Under the pieces are notes generated by a model. The model saw only the letters and a program-made list of their open reading frames with translations, had not been told where the DNA came from and made no database searches. A stretch of DNA of 62,254 nucleotides, taken from Candidatus Ghiorseimicrobium undicola (GTDB lineage: Bacteria > Omnitrophota > Gorgyraeia > Ghiorseimicrobiales > Ghiorseimicrobiaceae). The position numbers and the translations under genes were made by a program. Shown piece by piece: positions 19,462 to 28,845 of the stretch; the first letter of the stretch is position 1; each line of letters starts with the position of its first letter. The DNA is taken from the NCBI GenBank assembly GCA_002796125.1, contig PCWA01000015.1, positions 11,650 to 73,903 on the forward strand, in the 5' to 3' direction.

Positions 19462-19776
19462 ATGCATATAATGATTTTTGTTACCGCCAAAGATGTTGGC
19501 GAAGCAGAAAAGATCGCAAGGCACTTGCTTGATAATAAGCTTGCGGCGTGCGTAAATATTATTAACCAGGTTAAGTCTTTATTCTGGTGGGAAGGCAAGC
19601 TGGATAATGCTGCTGAGGTATTGATGATTATAAAGAGCAGAGAAGATTTATTTGATAGATTGCAAAATGCTGTTAAATCTTTGCACAGTTATGATGTGCC
19701 TGAAATAATAGCTTTGCCTATAGTCAAAGGCGATAAAGATTATCTAAATTGGATAGATAAATCCGTGCTTACTTAA
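19462..19776 (+). CDS. cutA: Divalent-cation tolerance protein CutA
   Basis: LAACVNI, SLFWWEGK, HSYDVPEI, YLNWI. Confidence 0.95.
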   Translation: MHIMIFVTAKDVGEAEKIARHLLDNKLAACVNIINQVKSLFWWEGKLDNAAEVLMIIKSREDLFDRLQNAVKSLHSYDVPEIIALPIVKGDKDYLNWIDKSVLT

Positions 19777-19778
19777 AG

Positions 19779-20495
19779 ATGGAAAATATTTTTAGTTATC
19801 TGGATAACATCTCGGTTAATTTAGCCAAAACTTTGGATCTAAATTCAGGCATAGCTTTCATTTTGGTTTTTGCCGCCGGAGTTATTGTGAGCTTTACCCC
19901 ATGCATTTACCCTTTAATACCCGTAACCGTGGGATTTATTGGCGCCAGGAACTCTGGGTCTAAGCTAAAGGGTTTTCTTTTAAGCCTTGCGTATGTAGTT
20001 GGTATGGCTATTACCTATTCGTTATTGGGCGCAATTAGCGCTTTGGGAGGCAAGACCTTTGGCAGTTTTACTAATAAACCTATTATTCATTTTTTTGTAG
20101 GCAATATTTTTCTCTTAATGGGTATTTCTATGCTTGGCGTGTTCAATATTTCTCTGCCGTTTATATTTTGCCGGAGTCAAATAAAAGGAAACGGCGTTTG
20201 GTATGCTTTATTGCTGGGTGTGCTTTCCTGTTTTGTTATCAGCCCATGCACGGCGCCTGTATTAGGCGCTATTTTAGTATTTGTTGGCACAAAACAGAAT
20301 ATACTATATGGCATCAGCCTTTTATTTACATTTGCCTGCGGTACGGGATTCGTACTTGTTTTGGCAGGGACATTTACAGCCCTGCTTGGTTCCCTGCCTA
20401 AATCCGGGCGATGGATGGAGAGGGTAAAGAAATTTTGCGGTTTTATATTAATTCTGGCCGCAGAGTATTTTTTTATAAAAATGGGGGGATTATGA
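19779..20495 (+). CDS. Cytochrome c biogenesis CcdA / DsbD transmembrane domain protein
   Basis: SFTPCIYPLIP and SPCTAPVLGAIL redox cysteines; multiple TM helices. Confidence 0.9.
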   Translation: MENIFSYLDNISVNLAKTLDLNSGIAFILVFAAGVIVSFTPCIYPLIPVTVGFIGARNSGSKLKGFLLSLAYVVGMAITYSLLGAISALGGKTFGSFTNKPIIHFFVGNIFLLMGISMLGVFNISLPFIFCRSQIKGNGVWYALLLGVLSCFVISPCTAPVLGAILVFVGTKQNILYGISLLFTFACGTGFVLVLAGTFTALLGSLPKSGRWMERVKKFCGFILILAAEYFFIKMGGL

Positions 20496-21007
20496 AGAAA
20501 ATATTTTTATCGCTATTGTTGGTAAGTTTAGTTTTTATGAATTGTCTATGTAGTTTTGCGGATGTGATTAAGCCCAAAAATACTGAAGATGCCTGTGAAT
20601 GTCCTCCTTCATTAGGTAAAGCCCCTGATTTTCAATTGAAAGATTTAGACGGAAAAGAGGTTAAATTATCGGATTTCAGAGGAAAAGGCGTAATTCTATT
20701 TTTTTGGGCTAGCTGGTGCGTAAGGTGTAAAGACCATTTACCGGAGATAAACCAGATTTACGGAATGCTTAAGGATAAAAACATCGAGCTTCTTGCCATC
20801 GATGTAGGAGAGACGGCTAAAAAAGTAAAAAGATTTATGAAGAAAAACCCGATAGATTTTCCGGTCTTGCTGGATGTCTCGCAGAGCGTATCTCAGTCAT
20901 ATGTGGTTGTAGGCGTGCCGACTTTTATAGTTATGGATAAAGATGGATATCTGAAATTCCAGAATCATTTCTGGCCGTATGACTATGAAAAATATTTATG
21001 TGAATAA
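20492..21007 (+). CDS. TlpA/ResA-like thioredoxin family protein
   Basis: Signal peptide, APDFQL, FWASWCVRC, GVPT. Start moved to ATG 20492. Confidence 0.9.
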   Translation: MKKIFLSLLLVSLVFMNCLCSFADVIKPKNTEDACECPPSLGKAPDFQLKDLDGKEVKLSDFRGKGVILFFWASWCVRCKDHLPEINQIYGMLKDKNIELLAIDVGETAKKVKRFMKKNPIDFPVLLDVSQSVSQSYVVVGVPTFIVMDKDGYLKFQNHFWPYDYEKYLCE

Positions 21008-21012
21008 AATGG

Positions 21013-21040
21013 TTGTAAAAAAATTTTAATATGTTATAAT
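21013..21040 (+). promoter_or_regulatory. Putative sigma70 promoter of the por operon
   Basis: TTGTAA-16-TATAAT with an extended TGn. Confidence 0.55.
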
Positions 21041-21103
21041 ATTTTTTCCGTGTTTCAAAATTGTTAAAAATAGCTTGTTAGCTAAAAGCGAATAGCGGTC
21101 AAT

Positions 21104-21649
21104 ATGAAAGAAATCCGTATACATGCAAGGGCGGGGCAGGGGGCGATAACTACGGCAACTATTTTGGGGCAGGCCTATTTTATGAATAATAAATATGCCT
21201 ATGCTTTTCCTCATTTCGGCGCAGCCCGTATGGGCGCTCCCATGAACGCGTTTGTCAGAGTTGATGATAATCCTATAAGGCTGCGCAGCCAGGTGACTAG
21301 CCCCGATTACCTTATCGTAGTTGATCCAACCCTTATGCGCGGATTTGATTGTTATACCGGTTTCAAAAGTAATGGCATTGCCGTAATTAATACCAGGGAA
21401 GGGCTTGATATTCCTAAGCCTAAGGATAATCAGAAAATTTATCTTTTGCCGGCCAATGATATCGCATTGAAAATAATCGGCAGGCCTTTGGGTAATACGG
21501 TGCTGCTGGGAGCCTATGCCGCGGCAACCGGGGAAATCGAACTTGATGGTTTAATTCAGGCGGTAGAAAAACGATTTTCGGGTAAAATAGCCCAGATGAA
21601 TATCGAAGCTGCTAAGGCAGGTTACGAATATATAAAACCTAAAAAATAA
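21104..21649 (+). CDS. porC: Pyruvate:ferredoxin oxidoreductase gamma subunit
   Basis: HARAGQG, FGAARMGAP, VVDPTL, NTVLLGA. Confidence 0.9.
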   Translation: MKEIRIHARAGQGAITTATILGQAYFMNNKYAYAFPHFGAARMGAPMNAFVRVDDNPIRLRSQVTSPDYLIVVDPTLMRGFDCYTGFKSNGIAVINTREGLDIPKPKDNQKIYLLPANDIALKIIGRPLGNTVLLGAYAAATGEIELDGLIQAVEKRFSGKIAQMNIEAAKAGYEYIKPKK

Positions 21650-21681
21650 TCTTTTTTCATAATTTTACGGGCATCACCCGT

Positions 21682-21963
21682 ATGGGTTTCAGAATGGAAG
21701 CGAAAAAAATATATCATAATATAGGGATAGCTAAGCCGGAATCGAGCAAAGCCAATAAAACAGGTTCATGGCGGGTTGAGGCAAAACCTAAATTTTTGCA
21801 AAAAAACTGTATTGCCTGCAAGATGTGTGTTTTTATATGTCCGGAGGGATGCATTACCGGAGAAGGTAAAAATACTTTTATTTGCGATTATGACTATTGT
21901 AAAGGATGCGGTAATTGTGCGGTAATATGCCCGAAAAAAGATATAGAGATGATTAAGGAGTAA
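21682..21963 (+). CDS. porD: Pyruvate:ferredoxin oxidoreductase delta subunit (2x 4Fe-4S)
   Basis: TGSWR, CIACKMC..CP, DYDYCKGCGNC..CP. Confidence 0.9.
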   Translation: MGFRMEAKKIYHNIGIAKPESSKANKTGSWRVEAKPKFLQKNCIACKMCVFICPEGCITGEGKNTFICDYDYCKGCGNCAVICPKKDIEMIKE

Positions 21964-21969
21964 AATAAA

Positions 21970-23127
21970 GTGAAGCAATTTTTAGAAGGTTCGCGCGCGG
22001 TAGCCGAGGCGGTAAAATTATGTAAACCCGGCGTAATTTCTGCTTATCCGATTACGCCCCAAACACATATCGTCGAAGACCTCGCGCAGATAATCGCGGA
22101 TGGAGAATTAAAGGCTGAATTCGTTAATGTTGAAAGCGAACATTCGGCGGCATCAGTAGTTCTGGGTTCGGCTGCTTGCGGCGTGCGTTCTTTTACCGCC
22201 ACCAGCTCGCAAGGCTTTCTTCTGATGATAGAAGTTTTATTCAATATAGCAGGTATGCGCATTCCTCTTGTTATGACTTGCGCCAACCGGGCTATATCAG
22301 CGCCGTTGAGCATATGGAATGATCAGCAGGATTCAATGACCGCCAGAGACAGCGGATGGATTCAGCTTTACGCGGAGAATAACCAAGAGGCAGTTGATTT
22401 TCATATTCAGGCCTACAAAATCTCCGAAAATAAAGACGTGATGCTTCCAGTCATGGTTTGCATGGACGGCTTTATTTTAACTCATGGCGCCGAAGTGGTA
22501 GATATGCCGGATGCGGCAGAGGTGGATAAATTTCTGCCGCCATTTAATCTTATAGACAAACTTGATATCAATTCTCCAAAAACATTGGGCGCTTTTGCTG
22601 ATCCGAATTATTATATGGAGGCAAGATATGCCATGCAGGCGGCAAATGAAAATGCTTTAAAGGTTATCCCAAAAGTTGCTGATGAGTTTAAACAAATATT
22701 CGGCAGGCATTCCGGAGGTTTGGTGGAGGCATATAAAATAGACGATGCCGAACAGGTAATAGTCGCGATGGGTTCAATAGTGGGGACAATCAAAGAGACG
22801 GTGGATGAATTGCGCGCTCAGGGTAAAAGAGTAGGGGTATTGAAAATTATTACTTACAGGCCTTTCCCTCGGAATGAAATTATTCGCGCTTTAAAAGATG
22901 TCCCGGAGGTTGCCGTGTTGGAAAAGGCTGTTTCGTTAGGGAATACCGGGCCTTTGTATTCAGAGCTGCGCGCGGATATTTTAGGAAAAGGTAAGTGTTC
23001 GAAAATAAGCGGTTTCATCATAGGCTTAGGCGGCAGAGACATTACTAAGGAATCTATAAAAGAAGTTTTTGGTTCGCTTTCTAAAGAAGAAACCGCGTGT
23101 AAGTTTATCGGACTTAAAGAGGAATAA
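21970..23127 (+). CDS. porA: Pyruvate:ferredoxin oxidoreductase alpha subunit
   Basis: AYPITPQT, ESEHSA, TSSQG, YRPFP, GLGGRD. Confidence 0.93.
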   Translation: MKQFLEGSRAVAEAVKLCKPGVISAYPITPQTHIVEDLAQIIADGELKAEFVNVESEHSAASVVLGSAACGVRSFTATSSQGFLLMIEVLFNIAGMRIPLVMTCANRAISAPLSIWNDQQDSMTARDSGWIQLYAENNQEAVDFHIQAYKISENKDVMLPVMVCMDGFILTHGAEVVDMPDAAEVDKFLPPFNLIDKLDINSPKTLGAFADPNYYMEARYAMQAANENALKVIPKVADEFKQIFGRHSGGLVEAYKIDDAEQVIVAMGSIVGTIKETVDELRAQGKRVGVLKIITYRPFPRNEIIRALKDVPEVAVLEKAVSLGNTGPLYSELRADILGKGKCSKISGFIIGLGGRDITKESIKEVFGSLSKEETACKFIGLKEE

Positions 23128-23130
23128 ACC

Positions 23131-24012
23131 ATGCCAATTGGTGTTAAAACATTATTTAGCCCGGGGCACACTGCTTGCGCCGGATGCGGCCAGGCAATAG
23201 GCGCGCGTTTAGTTCTAGATACGGCAGGCCCTAACACAATTATCGCAAATAATACCGGCTGCCTGGAAGTTTTTTCTACTAAATTTCCGGAGACGGCTTG
23301 GGGCGTACCCTGGATACATTCTCTATTTGAAAATGCGGCGGCAGTGGCATCTGGGATAGAAGCTGCTTTGAAATATCTCGGCATAAAGGATAAGATAAAT
23401 GTTATTGCTCAGGCTGGTGATGGCGGGACGGCCGATATCGGCTTGCAAGCGCTTTCAGGAATGTTGGAACGCGGACACGATATTCTTTATGTTTGTTATG
23501 ATAATGAAGCTTATATGAATACAGGCATACAGCGCAGCGGACTGACCCCTTTTGAGTCTAATACCACAACCAGCCCGCCCGGCAAAGAATCTTTAGGGAA
23601 TCCTCGTCCTAAGAAACCGATGCCGGAGATTGCCGCGGCTCACGGCATCCCTTATGTCGCGACGGCGTCAGTGGGCTATCCGCAGGATTTGCAGAAAAAA
23701 GTTAAAAAAGCTTTAAGTATAAAGGGCCCTAAATATTTACAGGTCCATGTGCCTTGCCCTTTAGGCTGGAGGCATCTGTCTAATCTTACTTTTGATATTG
23801 CTAAGCTTGCGGTTGAATGCGGGCTTTATCCGCTGGTAGAAATAGAAAACGGAAAACTTTCTCAAGTGCGCAAACTTGTTAAGATTAAGCCTGTGGAGGA
23901 ATATTTGAAGCCGCAGGGGCGGTTTAAACATATTATGAGCTTGCCGGAACAGATAAAAGCAGTACAGCAAATAGCCGATAATAATATTGAGCACTACGGC
24001 TTGAAAAGTTAG
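23131..24012 (+). CDS. porB: Pyruvate:ferredoxin oxidoreductase beta subunit
   Basis: [36 protein letters not shown] motif, PCPLGW. Confidence 0.93.
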   Translation: MPIGVKTLFSPGHTACAGCGQAIGARLVLDTAGPNTIIANNTGCLEVFSTKFPETAWGVPWIHSLFENAAAVASGIEAALKYLGIKDKINVIAQAGDGGTADIGLQALSGMLERGHDILYVCYDNEAYMNTGIQRSGLTPFESNTTTSPPGKESLGNPRPKKPMPEIAAAHGIPYVATASVGYPQDLQKKVKKALSIKGPKYLQVHVPCPLGWRHLSNLTFDIAKLAVECGLYPLVEIENGKLSQVRKLVKIKPVEEYLKPQGRFKHIMSLPEQIKAVQQIADNNIEHYGLKS

Positions 24013-24027
24013 AGGAGGGGATTAATA

Positions 24028-24210
24028 ATGGCAAAGGTTACAGTTGATGCCTCGACATGTGTCGGGTGCGGGCTTTGTGAGCAGAATTGCCCGGATGTAT
24101 TTGAGGTAAAAGATGACGGCATAGCATATGTTAAAGCAAATGAATGTTCATCTTGTGATTTAAAAGAAGTGGCAAGCCAATGCCCGGTGGAGGCGATAAA
24201 AGTAGAGTAG
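24028..24210 (+). CDS. Ferredoxin
   Basis: CVGCGLC..CP and CPVEAI; strong RBS gaggagg. Confidence 0.9.
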   Translation: MAKVTVDASTCVGCGLCEQNCPDVFEVKDDGIAYVKANECSSCDLKEVASQCPVEAIKVE

Positions 24211-24221
24211 TAATTTTGGCT

Positions 24222-25667
24222 TTAGTTGACGTAGCTTGTTAGATTGGATTTGATTTTTAAATTTTGGAGGAACTTAAAAAATTCCTCCATTTTTTTATCT
24301 GTGATCAGCTTATCTCTAAAATCATCTTTTTCCTTTTCAAATTTTTCTTTATTTATTTCCACCCGCTGAATGACAGCTAAGATTATATAGAAAGCTTTTG
24401 GGGTTTTTATTATCCGGCTGATTTCTTGCGCTTTTAGATTAAAGGCAGCTTCAGAGAATTCTTCCGATATGCCGATATCTTCAATATAAGAATCCCTTTT
24501 GAAAAGCGGGGTTTCCTTGCTTTTAAGGTTCATTTCTTTGGCTAATTTATCTATATTGCTGTTTTTCTCATTTGTTTTAGCGATAAATTCCTCTGCCTTT
24601 TTCTCTGCTATAAAACGCATTTTTTCCTGCTTCAAAATATTTTTTATTTCTTCTTTTATTTCACTAAACTCCGGGATATAAGCTTCTTTTTTTTCTGCTA
24701 GGGCTAAAATATAAATCCCGCGGGCCGTATCGACAGGCGCGCTTATTTCTTTTGGGCCCAAATTAAAAGCTATTTTATTAAATTCTTCCGACCAGCCGAT
24801 TTGGGGCACCGGCTGATTTGGCGCAAAGAAACCCGTTTCTCTTAAGGACATGTGTTCGCTTTGGCTGATTTTTTGAAAATCACCCGCATTGTTGATTTTT
24901 TTCCTTATTTCAAGAAGTTGATTTTTAGCTTTTGTTTTTTCTTCTTCCTGGGCGCCTTCGGCATAATCAAATCCGGCATATTGTATATTTACGATTATCG
25001 GGCGCATGAAATTATTTTTATTTGCGTCGAAGTATGCTGCTAGTTCTTCCTCACCTATCGCAATTTCATTTATGTGTGATTCCGGTTCGAAGGCTAGATA
25101 CTTAACCATTATTTCTTCGTTTTTTTTCCGGTATTCTTCTTCCAGGCCTTGATCGTCTATAGTAATGCCGTCTGTTATCTGCTGGTATAGTTTGCTTATT
25201 TTGAGGCTGTCGCGTACGGTTTCTTCGAAGACGCGTTTCGGCGTGCGTAAATATCCCAGCACAATATTATCATAGACCCCCTGGTTAAACCTCCCGTCTT
25301 TTTCAAATAGAGGGGTTGATTGTATGGCAGATATTATCTCCGGGTCAGCGACTTTTATTTTTCGTCTTTTAGCTTCATAAAGCAGGATTAATCTTTCCCA
25401 TGCCTGCTGTGTCAGGTTAAGATATTTTTCTATAGAAGAAAGCTTTTCTCCATATTGCAATACAGCCTGATTTTTTACGGCGATAAGCGAATCTTCATAT
25501 TGCGCTAAGCTTATTTTTCTACCGAATATTCTTCCTGCGGAATCTGTATCTTTATTCTGGCGCATCATGCTCGCCGAACCCCATAATATAAAAGCGGGGA
25601 TGATAATTATAGCTAACCCCCACAGTATTTTTTTTGCGGTTTTCCTTTGGCGCAATTGTTTAAGCAT
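24222..25667 (-). CDS. SurA N-terminal / PpiD-like periplasmic folding chaperone
   Basis: N-terminal TM (IIIPAFILWG), SurA-like helical domain, degenerate rotamase segments. Confidence 0.8.
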   Translation of the reverse strand: MLKQLRQRKTAKKILWGLAIIIIPAFILWGSASMMRQNKDTDSAGRIFGRKISLAQYEDSLIAVKNQAVLQYGEKLSSIEKYLNLTQQAWERLILLYEAKRRKIKVADPEIISAIQSTPLFEKDGRFNQGVYDNIVLGYLRTPKRVFEETVRDSLKISKLYQQITDGITIDDQGLEEEYRKKNEEIMVKYLAFEPESHINEIAIGEEELAAYFDANKNNFMRPIIVNIQYAGFDYAEGAQEEEKTKAKNQLLEIRKKINNAGDFQKISQSEHMSLRETGFFAPNQPVPQIGWSEEFNKIAFNLGPKEISAPVDTARGIYILALAEKKEAYIPEFSEIKEEIKNILKQEKMRFIAEKKAEEFIAKTNEKNSNIDKLAKEMNLKSKETPLFKRDSYIEDIGISEEFSEAAFNLKAQEISRIIKTPKAFYIILAVIQRVEINKEKFEKEKDDFRDKLITDKKMEEFFKFLQNLKIKSNLTSYVN

Positions 25668-25718
25668 TTTTTCTCCGTTTTTTATAGATGGCGTTGTTTA
25701 TTATATTTTATGCATAAT

Positions 25719-25746
25719 ATGATACATGAAATAAGCCCGGTGTCAA
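25719..25746 (-). promoter_or_regulatory. Putative sigma70 promoter of the PpiD-like gene
   Basis: TTGACA-16-TATCAT on the minus strand. Confidence 0.5.
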
Positions 25747-25765
25747 CCATCCGCATATATTTTTC

Positions 25766-25794
25766 TTTACAAAGCATAATCTTGACTGTATAAT
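25766..25794 (+). promoter_or_regulatory. Putative sigma70 promoter of hisG
   Basis: TTTACA-17-TATAAT. Confidence 0.55.
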
Positions 25795-25825
25795 AAATTC
25801 TCCCTCTTACGTTAACAAAGACATG

Positions 25826-25937
25826 CTCCGCTGCATAAACATTGAAAAATTATCGTAGAGAATTTTTCAATATTCCGCGGAGTTAATTCGCCCATACAAC
25901 TTACGTTCGCTTCGTTCCGTAAGTTGTGGGCCCATTA
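25826..25937 (+). repeat. Mosaic hairpin element: degenerate type-2 module plus type-1 module
   Basis: ttgaaaaatt-atcgtagag-aatttttcaa hairpin, then taattcgcccatacaacttacg...cgtaagttgtgggcccatta; same modules as at 34629 and 51148. Confidence 0.85.
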
Positions 25938-25939
25938 AA

Positions 25940-26815
25940 ATGAATAAGCTTAAATTAGGTATTCCAAAAGGAAGTCTTCAGGCGGCGACTATTGCCATGC
26001 TAAAAAAGGCTGGTTTTGAAATTAAAATCAGCGAGCGTTCATATTCTCCTTCTATAGATGATAGCGAGATAGAGCCTTTCTTAATCAGGGCCCAGGAGAT
26101 TTCCCGCTATGTAGAAAATGGAGTTTTGGATTGCGGCATTACAGGCAATGACTGGATATTGGAGAATAAATCAAAAATTTTGCGCGTCGCCGACCTAGCT
26201 TATGCTAAGCAAACGGTTAGTCCTGTAAGATGGGTTTTGGCTGTTCCCGAAGAATCCCGGATAAAAAATGCAAAAAGCCTCTCCGGCAAAAGTATAGCTA
26301 CTGAATTAGTAGGCGTAACCAAACAATATTTAAAAAAACACAAGATTAATGCTAGAGTTGAATTTAGCTGGGGCGCTACTGAGGTAAAAGTCAAGGCGGG
26401 ATTGGTTGATGCCATAGTTGAGCTTACAGAGACCGGTTCGTCATTGCGGGCTAATAATCTGCGCATAGTCGATACAGTATGTTTTTCTACCACACAGTTT
26501 ATTGCCAATAAATCTTCTCATAAAGACAGCTGGAAAAAAACGAAAATAGACCAGATCCGCCTGCTTTTATCCGGCGCTATAGGCGCTGAAGGTAAAGTTG
26601 GCCTTAAGATGAATGTGGCAAAAAATAATGTAAGGCGGATAATCTCTTTATTGCCGGCGCTTAAAAATCCTACAGTCTCTTCGCTAAGCAGAGGTGACTG
26701 GTATGCGATAGAAACAGTGGTTGAAGAAAAGATTGTAAGGTCTTTGATTCCAAGGTTAACTAATGCCGGGGCAAAGGGCATTATTGAATATCCGCTGAAT
26801 AAAGTAATATCTTAA
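25940..26815 (+). CDS. hisG: ATP phosphoribosyltransferase (long form)
   Basis: [34 protein letters not shown]-terminal regulatory domain. Confidence 0.96.
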   Translation: MNKLKLGIPKGSLQAATIAMLKKAGFEIKISERSYSPSIDDSEIEPFLIRAQEISRYVENGVLDCGITGNDWILENKSKILRVADLAYAKQTVSPVRWVLAVPEESRIKNAKSLSGKSIATELVGVTKQYLKKHKINARVEFSWGATEVKVKAGLVDAIVELTETGSSLRANNLRIVDTVCFSTTQFIANKSSHKDSWKKTKIDQIRLLLSGAIGAEGKVGLKMNVAKNNVRRIISLLPALKNPTVSSLSRGDWYAIETVVEEKIVRSLIPRLTNAGAKGIIEYPLNKVIS

Positions 26816-26821
26816 AAGTAA

Positions 26822-26882
26822 CCAGAAGCCATGATCCAGGATCCAGTATTTTTTCTGGCAGCTGGTTTATGGCTGTTGGTTT
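26822..26882. repeat. Inverted pair of heptamer tracts
   Basis: ccagaag ccatgat ccaggat ccagtat, then ctggcag ctggttt atggctg ttggttt. Confidence 0.6.
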
Positions 26883-26901
26883 CTCTAAAAGTGAGGGTTA
26901 A

Positions 26902-27000
26902 ATGCCTTGCGGTAGGAAGCGTAAAAGAAGAAAAATAGCGACTCATAAAAGAAAAAAAATGCGGCGCAAGCTTCGCCATCTCAAGAAGAGAGATTGGTAA
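26902..27000 (+). CDS. 32-aa basic protein, AURKAIP1/COX24 (bS22/mS38-like) family
   Basis: Not in the ORF track. Hand translation MPCGRKRKRRKIATHKRKKMRRKLRHLKKRDW, preceded by gaggg. Confidence 0.75.
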   Translation: MPCGRKRKRRKIATHKRKKMRRKLRHLKKRDW

Positions 27001-27037
27001 TAAAAATCGCTAAGTTTATTTCAGCTTAGTGTCTGCC

Positions 27038-28027
27038 ATGCCATTTTTTCATAGAAAAATAACCGTAAGTTATAAGATCGCGCTTATAGCTGGATTTGTT
27101 TTTCTCTATTCCAGCTGTATTTTAGCCGCGCCCAGAGACAGAAATAAGAATAGTTATCAACACTATTTAAAGGCCGCGTTATTGGATAGGCTTGGCAGCG
27201 TGGAATCCGCTATCGAACAATATGAAGAAGCGGCTAAGCTTGATAAGGACTCGGCAACAATCCATTTTAATCTGGGTGCCGATTATGCAAGGATCAATGA
27301 TTTGGATAGGGCCAAAGAAGAGCTGGAATTGGCTCTTGAGCTGGAGCCCGAAAACCTGTCAGCGCGTTTTCTCCTGGCTTTAGTTTATTCTTCGTTAAAA
27401 GAAGAGGATGCCGCGTTAAAGCAGTACACCTTAATATTAGAAAAACAGTCTGAATCTGATCCGGATAATACCAATATAATTATTGCGCTTGCGCAATTAT
27501 ATTACCAGCAAAATGATATCGGCAAGGCTGTCTCTCAATATCGGCATTTGATTAGTATCTCGCCGGATATGCATGAGGCCTACTTATTTTTAGGAATATT
27601 GTTAAGCGAATCGGGAGATAATGAAGCGGCTATAGCTAATATTAAAAAATCTTTAGAGCTTAATCCGGATAATCCGGATGCTCAGAATTCTCTTGCTTAT
27701 TTTTATGCCGAAAAAGGAGAGAATTTGGAAGAAGCTTTGAATTTGGCCAACAAGGCTTTAAAAAAAGACGCCGATAACGGAGCCTATATAGATACCCTTG
27801 GCTGGATTTATTTTAAACAGGGCCTCTTGGATAAAGCCATGGAGAAGCTTGAGAGGGCTGTTATGATATTGGAAGATCCCGTAATATATGAGCATTTAGG
27901 AGATGTCTATTCTGCCAAAGGCCTTTATGAAAAAGCATTGGATATATGGAAGAAGGCTTTATATGTGGATCCAGCAAGAAAAAGCATAGAAGGAAAAATT
28001 GATGCCTTACAGCGAAAAGGAAATTAA
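27038..28027 (+). CDS. Tetratricopeptide repeat protein with signal peptide
   Basis: Multiple TPR units; NSLAY, YIDTLGW, EHLGDVY. Start ATG 27038 (track GTG 27029). Confidence 0.88.
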   Translation: MPFFHRKITVSYKIALIAGFVFLYSSCILAAPRDRNKNSYQHYLKAALLDRLGSVESAIEQYEEAAKLDKDSATIHFNLGADYARINDLDRAKEELELALELEPENLSARFLLALVYSSLKEEDAALKQYTLILEKQSESDPDNTNIIIALAQLYYQQNDIGKAVSQYRHLISISPDMHEAYLFLGILLSESGDNEAAIANIKKSLELNPDNPDAQNSLAYFYAEKGENLEEALNLANKALKKDADNGAYIDTLGWIYFKQGLLDKAMEKLERAVMILEDPVIYEHLGDVYSAKGLYEKALDIWKKALYVDPARKSIEGKIDALQRKGN

Positions 28028-28823
28028 AGAGCTGGAAAAAACAGCAAAGCATATCCGTTATCAGATAGTGCAAATGATTTCCTGCGCAGGCAGCGGACAC
28101 CCCGGGGGGAGCCTGTCCGCTACCGATTTGATAACAGCTCTTTTTTTTAAAGTGCTTAGGTTTGATAGTAAGAATATCGATTGGCCCGACAGGGACAGGT
28201 TCCATATGTCTAAGGGGCATTGCTGTCCGCTATGGTATGCGGTATTGGCTGAAGCGGGATATTTTCCAAAGGGTGAATTAAAGACATTGCGTAAATTTGG
28301 CAGCTGCCTGCAAGGCCATCCGGATAAACGTACCAGGGGCATCGAGGTGCCTTCCGGTTCATTGGGGCAGGGATTGTCCGTAGCTTTAGGCATGAGCTTG
28401 GCAGCCAAGATAGACAAGAAAGATTATCGCGTATATTGTCTGTTGGGTGATGGCGAGATACAGGAAGGTAACATCTGGGAGGCGGCAATGGCCGCGGCTC
28501 ATTATAAGCGTAATAATATCTGCGCCATTTTAGACTATAATGGTTTTCAGATTGACGGCGGGATTAAAGATGTCATGTCCCTTGAGCCTTTGATTGAAAA
28601 ATGGAACGCTTTCGGATGGCATACGTTAGCTATTGACGGCCACGATATGCGGCAGATCCTGAATGCCTACAATGAGGCAAAGAACGTAAAAGATAAACCG
28701 ACAATAATCATAGCAAAAACCATAAAAGGCAAAGGCGTATCTTTTATGGAAAATGTAGTTGATTTTCACGGCAGGGCTCCCACAAAGGAAGAAACAGAAA
28801 TAGCATTAAGAGAATTAAGCTAA
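28002..28823 (+). CDS. Transketolase N-terminal subunit
   Basis: GSGHPGGSLS, RDRFHMSKGH, GSLGQG, GDGEIQEG. Confidence 0.95.
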   Translation: MPYSEKEIKELEKTAKHIRYQIVQMISCAGSGHPGGSLSATDLITALFFKVLRFDSKNIDWPDRDRFHMSKGHCCPLWYAVLAEAGYFPKGELKTLRKFGSCLQGHPDKRTRGIEVPSGSLGQGLSVALGMSLAAKIDKKDYRVYCLLGDGEIQEGNIWEAAMAAAHYKRNNICAILDYNGFQIDGGIKDVMSLEPLIEKWNAFGWHTLAIDGHDMRQILNAYNEAKNVKDKPTIIIAKTIKGKGVSFMENVVDFHGRAPTKEETEIALRELS

Positions 28824-28845
28824 ATTAAAAAATTCTATTTAGATT

